Virus record (IMG/VR): IMGVR_UViG_3300006790_000002
Span: 1-53,910 of that record
DNA length: 53,910 nt
Source: a virus
Taxonomy: Duplodnaviria > Caudoviricetes
Direction: 5' to 3' (one strand)
The position numbers were made by a program, and so were the translations under genes. Under the pieces are notes generated by a model. It searched no databases. It was given only the letters and a program-made list of their open reading frames with translations, and was not told the DNA's origin. Shown here piece after piece: positions 52,767 to 53,910 of this stretch. The stretch's first letter is position 1, and the number at the start of each line of letters is the position of its first letter.

Positions 52767-53591
52767 ATGAGCATCGAAAAGTCAGTAAAGTACAACGGTA
52801 TCACAGTCTTCTGGAGCCTCACGGATGGAACGTCCATCTCGAAACTCCGCGACGGGTTCGATCTTATCGGTCGGCAAGATTTGCTTCCGGATACTCAGAA
52901 CGTAGCTCAAGCTCTGCGCCGTGCGATTCAGCAGAACTTCCCGACCCGCAACAAGATCATTCGTCCCTTGAAGGGAGGTATCGGTTTCGCGGTTGTCCAC
53001 GAGGAAGAAACTATCGACGAGAACAACAACCGCAAACTCGTTCACGAGGAAGAACTCCGCGTTGTCTACTCGGGATGCATTCTCTCCAACCCGTGTGATC
53101 ATCCTAAGATGGATGCCATCGAGGAAGCGTTTCGTGTCGAGCGGCAACAAGTGACTGCTGCCAAGTTGGGAGGAATCCTGGTCAAGGCTTGCAACGGACT
53201 TTCGGGAATCCCGCTCCGTCCGCGTGGTGGGTTCTACTGGATTCCGAACTCGAAAGCTGACGAGTGGGAATCAATCGTCAATGTCATCGAGCAGGCAAAT
53301 CCGAGTAACCGTGTGTGGCGCATGAAGACTACAACTGACAACGAGACAGTTGACGCTGTCTGCGACTCGCTGGTGATTGAAGTCGAGAAGCAGTTGGAGA
53401 ACTTGTCCGAATCTATCCTGACGGAAGACTTGGGTAAGCGTGCTCTCAAGACGAAAGAGACGAACGCGCTGGAACTGAAAGCTCTCGTTTCGGAGTACGA
53501 ACAGATTCTTGGGAAGACGCTCACAAAGCTCCAGGAGAAAGCGGAAGAAGTTCACGCATCGGCCTCGGTCGCGTTACTTCAATGTCTGTGA
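52767..53591 (+). CDS. DUF6744/DUF3150-like early protein
   Basis: GITVFWSL, LRPRGGFYWIP, C-terminal coiled coil with YEQILG; AACAAAGGA SD. Confidence 0.6.
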   Translation: MSIEKSVKYNGITVFWSLTDGTSISKLRDGFDLIGRQDLLPDTQNVAQALRRAIQQNFPTRNKIIRPLKGGIGFAVVHEEETIDENNNRKLVHEEELRVVYSGCILSNPCDHPKMDAIEEAFRVERQQVTAAKLGGILVKACNGLSGIPLRPRGGFYWIPNSKADEWESIVNVIEQANPSNRVWRMKTTTDNETVDAVCDSLVIEVEKQLENLSESILTEDLGKRALKTKETNALELKALVSEYEQILGKTLTKLQEKAEEVHASASVALLQCL

Positions 53592-53663
53592 TGCCCGGGA
53601 CAGAGTTTGAGTTTATGTCAGTCATTCTTGTTCTGATGTTATTCGTTTCCTGCTTCTAAGCAC

Positions 53664-53695
53664 AAACCCTCGGGGGCAACTCCGAGGGTTTTTTT
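53664..53695 (+). terminator. Rho-independent terminator ending the early block
   Basis: AAACCCTCGGGG-GCAA-CTCCGAGGGTTT followed by TTTT. Confidence 0.85.
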
Positions 53696-53787
53696 CGTCT
53701 CGGGAAAAACATCTCCCGACATCTCGCGCGAGATCCTGACAAGGATCTCTTGCGAGATAGCCCTCCTTGCGACGCTACGCCGCTACG

Positions 53788-53910
53788 AAAATACTGTACG
53801 CCTGTACAGTGTTTGTCATGCAACCACTACCAACGTAGTTGATTGACGCTTTTTCTGGGGTTGGGTTGACATGGCAGTACGGTTTTGATACCTTGGTATG
53901 ACAGAGATGA
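53788..53910. repeat. Terminal direct repeat, copy 2
   Basis: Identical to 1-123. Confidence 0.97.

Noticed and set aside
1-53910. Integrase, repressor/lysogeny module, tRNAs, reverse transcriptase/DGR, alternative genetic code
   Set aside because: None recognised. Genes tile densely under the standard code, and TAA, TAG and TGA are all used as stops.

Overview
The window is an apparently complete, circularly assembled dsDNA tailed-phage genome. Bases 1-123 repeat exactly at 53788-53910, so the unit length is about 53,787 bp. The morphogenesis genes look podovirus-like: portal, scaffold, major capsid protein, adaptor, nozzle and large internal-virion proteins, with no tape measure or sheath. 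I recognised no integrase, RNA polymerase, tRNA or CRISPR array. There are three blocks. (1) A + strand early block (47.5-53.6 kb) holds small host-takeover genes, a DenV-like glycosylase, a MoxR AAA+ ATPase and an HExxH-peptidase/VWA protein. (2) A + strand replication/recombination block (0.35-12.6 kb) holds a primase-SF3 helicase, a SNF2-type helicase, a Cas4-like nuclease, a Sak4-like ATPase, an SSB, a UDG-fused family A polymerase and a Rad50/SMC-like ATPase. (3) A - strand late block (47.0-12.6 kb) holds packaging, head, tail, ejection and lysis genes plus a cluster of small Lys-rich proteins. The most notable signal is a short helix, [LM]-R-x-x-A-A-x-x-A-[MYFL], that forms the scaffold C-terminus and recurs near the termini of at least seven otherwise unrelated late proteins. 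One of these is a 792-aa protein with an ADP-ribosyltransferase-like H-SxS-E motif set. I infer a candidate scaffold-mimic capsid cargo-loading system. Also notable are a strongly strand-polarised GCCCGGG motif, four copies of a conserved hairpin in the early operon, and a cluster of GNA-loop DNA mini-hairpins at the early/late divergence point. All family assignments come from motif recognition by eye; no database searches were run.
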